DNA of 63,621 nt, counting the filler, from Octopus bimaculoides (lineage: Eukaryota): the NCBI RefSeq assembly GCF_001194135.2. It is 7 parts of 6 records of this genome, joined end to end, with 100 filler letters (N's around TTAATTAATTAA, not from the genome) between each part and the next. Parts side by side here need not be neighbours in the genome. Positions count along the whole stretch, not along the records: positions 35,309 to 46,947 come from NC_069010.1; positions 47,048 to 54,807 come from NC_068981.1; 5 more parts are not named here. One strand, 5' to 3'. Positions 38,691-49,733 of this stretch are shown here, one piece after another. The notes under the pieces are model-generated. The model was given only the letters and a program-made list of their open reading frames with translations, did no database searches and was not told where the DNA came from. A program made the translations under genes and the position numbers. Within the stretch, counting starts at the first letter, position 1. Each line of letters starts with the position of its first letter.

Positions 38691-40660
38691 AGATTGGAAG
38701 GTATCATTTGACCGAATGCAGGCTGTTGTTGTTTCTAGGATTATGGGTGACTTCAAATGGAATATGTACTTGCATTTTTGTTTTCACTTTGTGTGAGTGT
38801 TACCTTGTGTGTGTTTCTCTGTGTGAATGTTACTTTGTGTGAGTGTTTCTCTGTAAAGCAGGTTGAAATATATTTTGCTTTTGTTATAGTATGATCTACT
38901 AAATATAGGGGATAATTTTTGTGAAGAAATATATTTAGTTCTACCAGTTGTTTCTCTCGTTTGTTTATGTCTGTAATTATTGAACATATATGTCTTGCCA
39001 TGTTGAATGGGAAGTTCCTTTTAACCTTTATCACACTGATTTTCCCCTAGAATTGTTTTCCTTGTCATTGCATTATTTTTGAGGGAACAAAAGATATGAT
39101 CACCTACCAATTTAAAATTGTTATAACTTTTGTTTTATTGCTTGTACAAACTTGATTATTTTGTATACTAATAAAGGAATGGATGAATAATATTTTTATG
39201 TAATACATTAAGGAATAGTCAAAAGAGTTGCTCCTCAGAAATATACCTCCTTGGGGCCAGTACTTTCTTTCAATCAGCCAGCCTTAGATGATAGTATTCA
39301 CTTGGTACATCGTTCTCAAAATAACTGTCAGCACAGGACTTATTTTTTAAAGCCTAGTACTTATTCTATTGGTCTCTTTTGCTGAACCACTGAGTTATGG
39401 AGATGTAAACACATCAACACAAGTTGTCAAGCAGTGATGGGGTGGGGGGAGACAAACACTAAGTCATTCAAATATATATATATCTGACAGGCTTCTTTCA
39501 GTTTCCATCTACCAAATCCACTTACAAGACTTTGGTTGGCCCGAGGCTATAGTAGAAGACACCTGCCCAAGGTGCCACACAGTGGGACTGAACCTAGAAC
39601 CACATGGTTGGGAAACAAGCTTCTTACCACAGCCATGCTGTATCTATGTGTGGGTGTGTGTGTGTGTATGGATTGCCTATGTTCAGTTCTACTGTAATAC
39701 AAAGGCCTCAACATCTAATGTGGAGGGCATGGATTTGTGATTCAGATCATACTGGTTTGATGAGTCTATCACACTGGCTTGGCAAAGGAGTGCACTTTTT
39801 ATACTTGTACCCAGTAAAAGTAAATTATATGATGTGTAATATATGTGTTTATGTGTGTATATATATATATATGTGTGTGTGTATACACACATACATACAA
39901 CCATCATTTTAACATCCATTTTTCCATGCATGGATCAGATGGAATTGATTGAGGTGGATTTTCTACAGCTGGATGCCTTTCCTGTTATCAACCTTCCCTT
40001 GTTTCCAAGCAAAGTAATATTTCCCCATGGCTGCACATTGCAGAATATTAGAAATGACTGCAGTCTAATGACTGAAACAATTAAAAGAATATATCAGAAT
40101 TAGCAAGTTTATGTAAAATAAACAAAGTTTCTAATTTTTTTTTAAATTCAAAAAGCCATTTATTTTTCCAATAAAAATTTTTGTAACCAGATTTTTTTAA
40201 ATTTTTATAATTTGGCTGACAGTATTTTCTCCAGAGTTGTTTCCCCCTAACCATGTTACTACAGGGGAGAAAACTTATCCGGTGACATAATGCACTTTGT
40301 CATGGCATTCACCTGGGAGGGGGTTAAGCCAGCTCTTATTGAGTTCACTATGGACCAGGACAGGTTATAGGGTATGTCCTCAGTCTTGAGATAGCAGCTA
40401 TGGGTGAGAGGGAGGTAAATTGTTTTCTCGCATAACATGAGAAAGAGCTCAGATGTGTAAAATAACTGCACTTAAAATCATTCGTGCCATCAATGTAAAT
40501 TCAAGCAAAGTGAATCCGTTTGGTGATCATGGTAGATACGTGCGTGTGTGTCTCTGTGACACAATGCCCGACACAATCCTGGACAACCAGTGTTGGTTTG
40601 TTTATGTCCCCATAATGTTATTGGTTTGTCAGGAAAGACTATGATGAAATAAGCACGCTG

Positions 40661-40787
40661 TTATTGTTCCTGTTGTTGTGGGTTTAACATGCGAGCATCT
40701 GTTGGTACCAAATTTGGTATGCCATCTATGATTGGATAAGCGACGTGGAGCTCCTCACAGACAAGTTCTTCATTCTCAGCATCATAC
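40661..40787 (-). CDS. PYURF: PYURF/preY exon 3 (terminal coding exon)
   Basis: Acceptor TTTTTTTCTGTCTTCAG; (R)YDAENEELVCEELHVAYPIIDGIPNLVPTDARMLNPQQQEQ*; Trm112-like AYPIxDGIPxL motif. Confidence 0.93.
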
Positions 40788-40849
40788 CTGAAGACAGAAA
40801 AAAAATGGAAATCAGACATTAAATAAGAAAATGTGTATCTACATGTGTA

Positions 40850-41100
40850 TGTGAAGGCATGTAGCTTAGTAGTTAGGGTAGCCAGCTCACAATCATAAGG
40901 TTGTGACTTCAATTCTCAGCAATGCATTGTGTTCTTGAGCAAGACACTTTATTTTACATTGCTCCAGTTCACTCAGCTGGAAAAAATGAGCTGTACTTTT
41001 ATTTCAAATGGCCAACTATGTCACATTCTGTATCATGCTGAATCTCTCTCAGAACTACATTGAAGGTATGTGTGTCTGTGGAGTGCTCAACCACTTGCAC
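40850..41100 (+). mobile_element. Degenerate SINE in PYURF intron 2, truncated by an insertion at 41103
   Basis: Tail homologous to 38500-38610. Confidence 0.6.
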
Positions 41101-41102
41101 AT

Positions 41103-41354
41103 TGTTGTATAGTGAAACTGTACACCCCTCCCAGTAAAAAGTGGTAGTAGCCAGCCATTATAAATAAACCAGTAGTCAGTCGACAGGGGAAGGTCAGAGA
41201 ACGTTGGAAGTATGTGTAGACTGTGTTAGTAATTATACTATGATACTGAGTTGACATTATAACAGTCCAACCTTTTGAGGCTAATTACACTGTACGACTG
41301 GGGGTCGTACAGTGCCAGATAGAAACATTCTATTGATGATTTCGTAATATAACA
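41103..41354. mobile_element. Possible solo LTR or small TIR element
   Basis: Begins TGTTGTATAG and ends AATATAACA; imperfect terminal inverted match; flanks ACAT / ATAT. Confidence 0.35.
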
Positions 41355-41523
41355 ATATCTGTCAGAGTGACAACCATCGTCAAAAGACAGGTACGAAAAA
41401 GACCCCCAAAAACTAAGTACTGGAGTTGATTTGTTTGACTAAAACTCTTTAAGGTGGTGCCCCAGCATGGCCAGTCACAGTCCAATGACTGAAGGAAGTA
41501 AAAGAGTAACAAGTATAACCTAC

Positions 41524-41650
41524 CTCAAAGGTTTCTTTGATAGAGGACACACTAAAATATCCAGCATTTTAACATCAAATTGGTTTGGTGGTTTGCATTC
41601 ACAGAACGGAACTGGAGAGCAATGGATTGCTTGCCTTGAATTGAGGGCAT
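41524..41650 (-). CDS. PYURF: PYURF/preY exon 2
   Basis: Acceptor CTCTTTTTAG, donor GAG|GTAGGT, phase 1-2; (Y)ALNSRQAIHCSPVPFCECKPPNQFDVKMLDILVCPLSKKPL(R). Confidence 0.93.
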
Positions 41651-41734
41651 CTAAAAAGAGAAAGAGGAGGAAAGTGTAAAGAGAAGCCATCTATATATGT
41701 TACAATGTACACACAGTGCTGATAGGCCCGTAGC

Positions 41735-42035
41735 AGGAATAGTAAATGAACAACAAAGTGCAAATGTACTGAGAGACCAGTTGGGCATAAGAGGAACCAA
41801 ATGTAGCATGCAAAAGAGAAGACTACATTGATTTGGACATGTGATACATATGAATGAGGACAGCTGAATAAAGAAGCGCTGATCACTAGAAGTGGATGGT
41901 ATCCATAGAAGAAGGAGACCCAGGAAGACATGAGATGAAGTGGTAAGGACTGATCTCAGGATGTTGGGCTTCATGGAGAAAATGACAATGGATCGAGATG
42001 TCTGGCGATATGAGGTTCTTTAGAAGACCCACCCA
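41735..42035 (+). mobile_element. RTE-clade LINE 3' fragment
   Basis: LRDQLGIRG..MQKRRLH*FGHVIHM...EVDG..RRRPRKT*DEVVRTDL...DRDVWR. Confidence 0.8.
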
Positions 42036-44766
42036 CGTCAGTGAAACTGAGTTCGAGAAGTGCTGTGTGTCCCACCCAGTACCAGTTACGCACTGGGGTC
42101 GATGTAATCAACTTAATTCATTTATCTATTCTTGTTTGTCCCCTCTGTGTGTAGCCCCTTGTGGGCAGTAAAGAAATAAGAAACTAAAAAAAGACCATCA
42201 TATATATATATATATATATCGTTCGTTCATCGTTTAACGTCCGCTTTCCATGCTAGCATGGGTTGGACGATTTGACTGAGGACTGGTGAACCAGATGGCT
42301 ACACCAGGCTCTAATCTGATTTGGCAGAGTTTCTACAGCTGGATGCCCTTCCTAACGCCAACCACTCAGACAGTGTAGTGAGTGCTTTTATGTGCCACAG
42401 CAAAATATTATTTACATATTAAACATATACCTGGAAACTGGTTCATAAATATTAATGATCTGTAGAGACATGCTATTTCGTTATGCAACCATGATATACT
42501 ACAAAATATATCAAAAGTCAATACTGTATGCTTAGCGGTATTTCAACAGCTGGATGCCCTTCCTAACGCCAACCACTCAGAGAGTGTAGTGGGTGCTTTT
42601 ACGTGTCGAACACACGAAGGCCAGTCAGGTGGTACTGGCAACGGCCATATATATTAACTCTTCGAAACGCCGGTGTTTTAATGGTGGCAGCTGATGAAGG
42701 ATATGTTCTCTATGTGGCCTGCTTGTTTGTTATACCTTGTTTATCATTTTGTCCATGTTCTTTTGCAACGTCATGTACCCAGATATGTATCTATATGTAC
42801 ATGTAGATGAAAGTATGTACATACATGTACATATATATGCATATACTCATATATTGTTTATATACATATATATTTATATATATATATATTAGGGATAAAA
42901 ATCCAGAATTACAGGTAAAAACTCAATTAAAATAAATTTATTAAAAATTAAAATTAAATTAAGTTTCACAGTATTAAATATAAATATATATAGTTTTAGG
43001 GAAAAGAACCAAGTTTCATGAACTCATCGATGAAAATCCACTGTCACATATAGAAAAATTAATAAGTAAAAGCACAATAAATAAGTATAATATAAAGATA
43101 TTATCTTTATCTTATNNNNNNNNNNNNNNNNNNNNNNNNNNNNNNNNNNNNNNNNNNNNNNNNNNNNNNNNNNNNNNNNNNNNNNNNNNNNNNNNNNNNN
43201 NNNNNNNNNNNNNNNNNNNNNNNNNNNNNNNNNNNNNNNNNNNNNNNNNNNNNNNNNNNNNNNNNNNNNNNNNNNNNNNNNNNNNNNNNNNNNNNNNNNN
43301 NNNNNNNNNNNNNNNNNNNNNNNNNNNNNNNNNNNNNNNNNNNNNNNNNNNNNNNNNNNNNNNNNNNNNNNNNNNNNNNNNNNNNNNNNNNNNNNNNNNN
43401 NNNNNNNNNNNNNNNNNNNNNNNNNNNNNNNNNNNNNNNNNNNNNNNNNNNNNNNNNNNNNNNNNNNNNNNNNNNNNNNNNNNNNNNNNNNNNNNNNNNN
43501 NNNNNNNNNNNNNNNNNNNNNNNNNNNNNNNNNNNNNNNNNNNNNNNNNNNNNNNNNNNNNNNNNNNNNNNNNNNNNNNNNNNNNNNNNNNNNNNNNNNN
43601 NNNNNNNNNNNNNNNNNNNNNNNNNNNNNNNNNNNNNNNNNNNNNNNNNNNNNNNNNNNNNNNNNNNNNNNNNNNNNNNNNNNNNNNNNNNNNNNNNNNN
43701 NNNNNNNNNNNNNNNNNNNNNNNNNNNNNNNNNNNNNNNNNNNNNNNNNNNNNNNNNNNNNNNNNNNNNNNNNNNNNNNNNNNNNNNNNNNNNNNNNNNN
43801 NNNNNNNNNNNNNNNNNNNNNNNNNNNNNNNNNNNNNNNNNNNNNNNNNNNNNNNNNNNNNNNNNNNNNNNNNNNNNNNNNNNNNNNNNNNNNNNNNNNN
43901 NNNNNNNNNNNNNNNNNNNNNNNNNNNNNNNNNNNNNNNNNNNNNNNNNNNNNNNNNNNNNNNNAGTGTGTCTGGAGCCCATCCACAGATTTACAACATA
44001 GAATTTGATCGTTGCCAGTGCCCCTGGACTGGCTCTTGTGCGGGTGGCACATAAAATACAGCATTTTGAGCGTGGCCGTTGTCAGTACCGCCTGACTGGC
44101 CTTCGTGCGGGTGACACATAAAAGCACCCACTACACTCTCTGAGAGGTTGGCGTTAGGAGTGGCATCCAGCTGTAGAAACTCTGCCAAATCAGATTGGAG
44201 CCTGGTGTAGCCATCTGGTTTCACCGGTCCTCAGTCAAATCGTCCAACCCATGCTAGCATGGAAAGCGGACGTTAAACGATGAATTGTGATGAACCATAA
44301 CCTTGGATCTACCATAAAAATACTTGGTGTTCTTTACTAATCTAAACAATATTGTTAGCTTGGAGTGCCAACAGAGAGTTTCTATTTATCTATGTGTGTG
44401 TGTCTTTGTGTTTGTGTTTATCCCCTGCCACTGCTTAACAACTGGTGTTGGTATTTACATCCCAGTAAACTAGCAGTTCAGCAAAAGAGATCAATAGAAT
44501 GAGTGTCAGGCTTAAAAAAGAAAATAAGTTCCTGGATTGATTAGTTTGACTAAAATTCCTCAAGACAGTGCCGCAGCATGGCCGTAGTCTACTGAGTGAA
44601 ACAGGTAAAAGATCATCATCATCATCATTTAACATCTGTTGTTCATGCTGGCATGGGTTGGATGGTTTGACCAAGGCTGGTAAGCTGAGGGGCTGCACCA
44701 GACTTCAGTCTGATTTGGAATGGTTTCTATAGCTGGATGCCCTTCCTAATGCCAGTCACTCCGAGG

Positions 44767-44805
<39 letters not shown>

Positions 44806-45213
44806 NNNNNNNNNNTATATATATATATATGTGAATTGACATAAAGGCACTGTCATGGTATTACCTGTCAGAAGTGAAAGTAGAAAAATCTGACAAGGAA
44901 CGTTACTGCTAGTTTGAGTTGATTCTTTGGCTACTGACAGCTAATACCATGACTGGCCGGAGTTATCTGTCTGTCTGTCTGCCTGCTGGTTTGAGTTGAT
45001 TCTTTGGCTACTGACTGGCCGGAGCTATCTGTCTGTCTGTCTGTCTATCTCTCTCTCTCGCTATCTATCTATCTATCTATCTATCATTCGAAAGTTATTG
45101 GAACAAATTCGACACCTATATCCATGCGTTTGAAACATTACAGAGTATAAGTATCTACGGAGCTAATACCATGACAGTGCCGATGTAAATAAAGAGATGA
45201 CAGAAAAAGGATT

Positions 45214-45607
45214 GGTGGAGATGGAGTATATGTAATCTAGGTATGCCCCCCCCCNNNNNNNNNNNNNNNNNNNNNNNNNNNNNNNNNNNNNNNNNNNNNN
45301 NNNNNNNNNNNNNNNNNNNNNNNNNNNNNNNNNNNNNNNNNNNNNNNNNNNNNNNNNNNNNNNNNNNNNNNNNNNNNNNNNNNNNNNNNNNNNNNNNNNN
45401 NNNNNNNNNNNNNNNNNNNNNNNNNNNNNNNNNNNNNNNNNNNNNNNNNNNNNNNNNNNNNNNNNNNNNNNNNNNNNNNNNNNNNNNNNNNNNNNNNNNN
45501 NNNNNNNNNNNNNNNNNNNNNNNNNNNNNNNNNNNNNNNNNNNNNNNNNNNNNNNNNNNAATTAGGGGGGGGGCGAAGGTTCAGATTACATATAGTCCAT
45601 CTCTATC
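45214..45607. mobile_element. Non-autonomous hAT-like element with 8-bp TSD (centre is a gap)
   Basis: Imperfect TIRs G(G/A)T(G/A)GAGATGGA(G/C)TATATGTAATCT; identical flanking AAAGGATT at 45206-45213 and 45608-45615. Confidence 0.75.
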
Positions 45608-45631
45608 AAAGGATTAGTATCGAAAGATCGG

Positions 45632-45672
<41 letters not shown>

Positions 45673-45727
45673 TCCACTTCTGCCCATGCTATTCTACAAG
45701 TTAATATAAATTAATAAATCGACTCAC

Positions 45728-45764
45728 ACGACACTATTTTCAGTGATCTCCTCAACGACAACAT
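45728..45764 (-). CDS. PYURF: PYURF/preY exon 1 (mitochondrial-targeting-like MLSLRRSLKIVS)
   Basis: ATG with A at -3; donor T|GTGAGT; phase 1 matches exon 2; spliced CDS is 291 nt (96 aa). Confidence 0.8.
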
Positions 45765-45797
45765 TCTGATCGACCATAAAAGAACACAATAACAGAC

Positions 45798-45920
45798 ACA
45801 AGGTCACTCCACGTGGTTTTGCTTGCAAACTCAAACGACCTTCAACACGATAACAACGTCAGTAAATTTATTTATTACTGAAACGTTCGTTCCTTTATAA
45901 ACTTATTTCTACCAATCAGA
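45798..45920 (-). promoter_or_regulatory. Putative PYURF promoter/5' region
   Basis: CCAAT at 45912-45916, palindromic CCACGTGG at 45809-45816, AAGGTCA at 45800-45806; motif matches only. Confidence 0.35.
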
Positions 45921-46593
45921 TTTTCTATTACATTCGATGTTAAGTGTTCTATGATGCAAGTGTCGCTAATTCCTAGCTAATCAAAGTTACAGGCCTGTAT
46001 TTGAGTGAAAGAGTAAGAGTTATGTCACTAATGAATGAGATAGAGTAAGAGTAATTGAGAAAGCGACTCTATTGATCGTTAGCTTAAGCGATCTCTGGCT
46101 TAAAGTGAAAGGAAGGGAGGGGCACAAGTGAGAGTGAAAGAGTAGAAATGAGAGAGAGAGGAAGAAGAAAGCAGAGAGACGGATGAGTGAGAACGATTGA
46201 GGGAGGAGTAAAGTAGAGTAGAGGATGAATGAAGTAGAGAGAAAGGGAAGAGTAGGAAAAGATTGCGTGACGCTCTAGATATAGAGTGGGGGGGGGATAA
46301 GGTAAATGATAAAGAGACGGGGAAAAAAATGGAAGTAGAAGGCAGAGTAGGTAGTGAACGAGTAAAAGAATAAGACAGGGTAATGGGGAAGAGTACGAGG
46401 GGCGAATGTAGGAGAACTATAGAGGGTTGTGAAAACAGATGAGTAAGACAAAGAGAGAGAGAGTAGGGGGAGTGTGATAGGTGAAGTAGTTGGTGTTATA
46501 GACAGAGGATAAAGAATAAGAAGGAAGTAATCAGTGGGAAACTGAAATCAAATAGAGAAATATTTAGACATTTGTAGCACCCGACTGCCAGCT

Positions 46594-46675
46594 GCTGTGG
46601 TGGCCGAGTGGTTAAGGCGTTGGACTTGAAATCCAATGGGTTATACCCGCGCAGGTTCGAATCCTGCCCGCAGCG
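46594..46675 (+). tRNA. tRNA-Ser (anticodon TGA)
   Basis: Acceptor GCTGTGG/CCGCAGC, D arm TGGCCGAGTGGTTAAGGC, anticodon arm TTGGA-CTTGAAA-TCCAA, long variable arm, GGTTCGAATCC; T-runs downstream. Confidence 0.95.
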
Positions 46676-47071
46676 ATTTAGTTTTGATATTTTTTTTTAT
46701 TGCCTATTTTATTTTTTTTTTTTCACTTTTACTTACTTTATTTCTTTTTATAGATTTATACGCTTTCCGATTTTTTTTTTTGAAAGCTTAGGTGAAGGTG
46801 CAGCTATGTAGCTTAGAATTTTGCTTCGTAACCTCGTGATCTCTAGTTCGATCCTACGACGTGGCGTCTTCGGTAAATGTCTTCTACTAAAGCTTTGGGC
46901 TGATCAATATCTTGTGAATGGATTGACAGGAGATTGGGGGGGGGGGANNNNNNNNNNNNNNNNNNNNNNNNNNNNNNNNNNNNNNNNNNNNTTAATTAAT
47001 TAANNNNNNNNNNNNNNNNNNNNNNNNNNNNNNNNNNNNNNNNNNNNTATATATATATATATATATATATA

Positions 47072-47106
<35 letters not shown>

Positions 47107-47899
47107 ACAGTAACGGATAATGTTTTGATTGATTGTAAATCTAGTGACGTCATTTGTTTTTCTCCATCTCGCTGGCTGCCTTAATATATCACTCGATGTT
47201 TGGGTATTTTAGTCAAATATTTTTGTTTTGGCAGAAGTCTATTGTTCTGACTGTTTGACTTCTTGGTGATGATATTTGTTTGTCCAAAGTTTTGATCCTT
47301 TGTTTTTGACTTGCAGAGTTCCAGTGCTCTGGTTGGTTGATTTTTCAATTAAGCAATTTGTCCTGACCTCATAAAAACTCAATCGTAGTGGCTGCAGAAG
47401 TACTCGACTCTACACAGATAAACAGACTGTGTTTGCGAACTTCAACATCAATTAAATTTGCACTCGGATACTTAGTGTACGGTTAAAACACTGTTGTCGA
47501 AATCGTCCTACCCTTTCTAAATGTCTATGATAAGTAAACCAGATCTCCCATGCATACACTAACAAACGCTTAAGCACAAATATTGTAGACCTTTAAGTTT
47601 GTCTCAATTGAAATTCTATGCCAAGACAATAAACATCTATACAATTTCCTGAATGTATCACTAACTTTCTAATCTAGATTCAAGGCTCCTTCATTTTAAT
47701 TTCAACATCAACAACAGGTTATTTTTGTATGTATGTATGTATGTATGTATCTATTCATAGACATGTATGTACTATATGTATATATATATATATATATGAG
47801 TTACATACATACATACATACATACGTATGTATGTATGCATGTATGTATATATGTATGTATATTTGTATGTATCTATTCATAGACATTATGTATTAGACA

Positions 47900-47934
<35 letters not shown>

Positions 47935-48049
47935 NNNNNNNNNNNNNNNNNNNNNNNNNNNNNNNNNNNNNNNNNNNNNNNNNNNNNNNNNNNNNNNNNN
48001 NNNNNNNNNNNNNNNNNNNNNNNNNNNNNNNNNNNNNNNNNNTATATAT

Positions 48050-49135
48050 AAAAGTTACGGAATGGAGTATGGGAAATCCGGGCTACATATGTTTCATAAG
48101 TTGTGGAACTCGCCAGCTACTCTTCAGGCCAAGGATATCTTGATTGATTAGATTAAAGGCTATATTGTTGCAAGGAGGTACATGTTGATAAGGGAAGAAA
48201 GAAGAGAAAGAAAGAAAATTAAATAAATGAAATAGAATAAAATATAGGGGAGTGAGAGAATGGAGAAATTGGACAGGTCGGTGGTAGATAATATAGTAGT
48301 TTTAGCTTAAGCACAGAATTCAATGGTGGGGTTGGCATTTGAATAGAAGAGAAATTGGAGGGGAGAGGATGGGGAGATATTTTTGACTGTGGGGGACAAA
48401 AGAGAGTGTGTATGAATAAAGCAAGTAGGGTAGGGAGTTTAAGCACGGCTAGTGGTCCTATGGTCAAAAGGCATAAATTGGTACAAGAAAGAAAATGGTG
48501 AAGGTGTATGTAGGCGTATGTACTTTTACATTTACGGATGGAGGGGGTAGGGAGCAGAAATATAAGGAGAGAAGAATATTTTAGGTTGTAAGTAAAAATA
48601 CAGGTATAAAATTGTAATTGATGATTAAGGGCTTAAAAGGGGAGGGTTTAATACGCAGTGTAGGGAGGATATGAGAGTTATGAGGAGACAAGAGCAGGGT
48701 GGAGTTGTAATCATTTGTATTTCGAGACTAGATTTAGTGCCCAATGTTCGCAGGTGAATATTATGCAGTTGCGTTCATTGAGACAGTCCGAGGATTGCAA
48801 AATAACCATGACTTCGGCTATGCAGAGATGACACTATTATATCCGCTGTACGGTTTAACGTGGGTGATTATAGACCATTTGAGAGTGTAAGTTGAGTCAA
48901 GCGTTTGTTGATTGATAAGTTGAGATAACGATGTACTTACTGTTGGATTTTATATGGGATTTGAAGCTAGAGTAGTGACTGATTCTAGCTTTGAAGGTGG
49001 TGCTACACGAGCCAATGTAAATGTAGTTGCAGTTGCTAGTTGATACTGTGCACTTATAAACTACGTTTTTAGTGAGACAGCAGTTATCTAAAGAACAGGA
49101 GGTCGGGCATTCTGAAGCTACATAAATTTGTAGCT
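48050..49135 (-). mobile_element. Penelope-like element 3' part (GIY-YIG endonuclease and pyrimidine-rich tail)
   Basis: Degenerate minus-strand peptides NCCLTKNVVYKCTV, IYIGSCSTTFKARIS, LKWSIITHVKPY, CHLCIAEV, LNERNC. Confidence 0.8.
48076..48136 (-). ncRNA. Minimal type I hammerhead ribozyme at the 3' end of a Penelope element
   Basis: CTGAAGA core 48127-48121; weak stem II; GAAAC-ATAT-GTA with palindromic ACATATGT; stem I GGC/GCC plus ATCC/GGAT. Confidence 0.65.
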
Positions 49136-49220
49136 CTGGATGAGCTTGTGAGGTGATTGCTTCTTAGTGAGTCTGAACTCATGGCTCACCACTTCATCCT
49201 TAGTGGATATCTCCTAACTA

Positions 49221-49733
49221 CTATCCATACAACCCTTGCCAGAGCACGTTCCGTGTCTCTGCTCTCTCTCCCCGCCATTTTCCGTCTGCCATTCCCCGCT
49301 CACCTGTCACCCCTCCACCCTGCCCCTCCAACATGCCATTCTTTGAGCTTTCCAGCGACTCCAGTCCAACCCCACTACCTCGCAATCTTCCCGCAATCTT
49401 CCCCTTCCCTCCTTCAAACGAGCCCACAAGCTGCGTGACCTCCTGGTACATATTTTCTTCCCTAACCCCACTTCCCAGCCTAGCTCGTTCCCCTGCTCCC
49501 TCCCATGCTGCCGCACTTGCCCCTACCTCTCCAACACCATCATCCTCACAGGCACCCATCATCAACCCTATCATATCACCGATTCCTTTACTTGCACTTC
49601 TAGCAACATAACTTACTACATCTCCTGCTCTTTCTGCCCTTCTCTGTACATCGGTCAAAGAGGAAGCCGCTTGGCTCAGTAGTTCGTGGAGCACCTCCGA
49701 GACATCACAAACATATACATCTTCGTTACTCAT
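49221..49733 (-). other. GC-rich 170-codon open frame, possibly LINE ORF1-derived
   Basis: G/E/A-rich ORF among retroelement debris; no diagnostic motif recognised. Confidence 0.25.

Noticed and set aside
40259-40660. SECIS element or selenoprotein reading in the PYURF 3' region
   Set aside because: No AUGA / apical AA / GA arrangement with correct spacing on either strand
46594-46675. Idea that the local tRNA-Ser primes the Gypsy element
   Set aside because: The gene is Ser(UGA) ending CCGCAGCG, whereas the PBS matches Ser(GCU) ending CCTCGTCG
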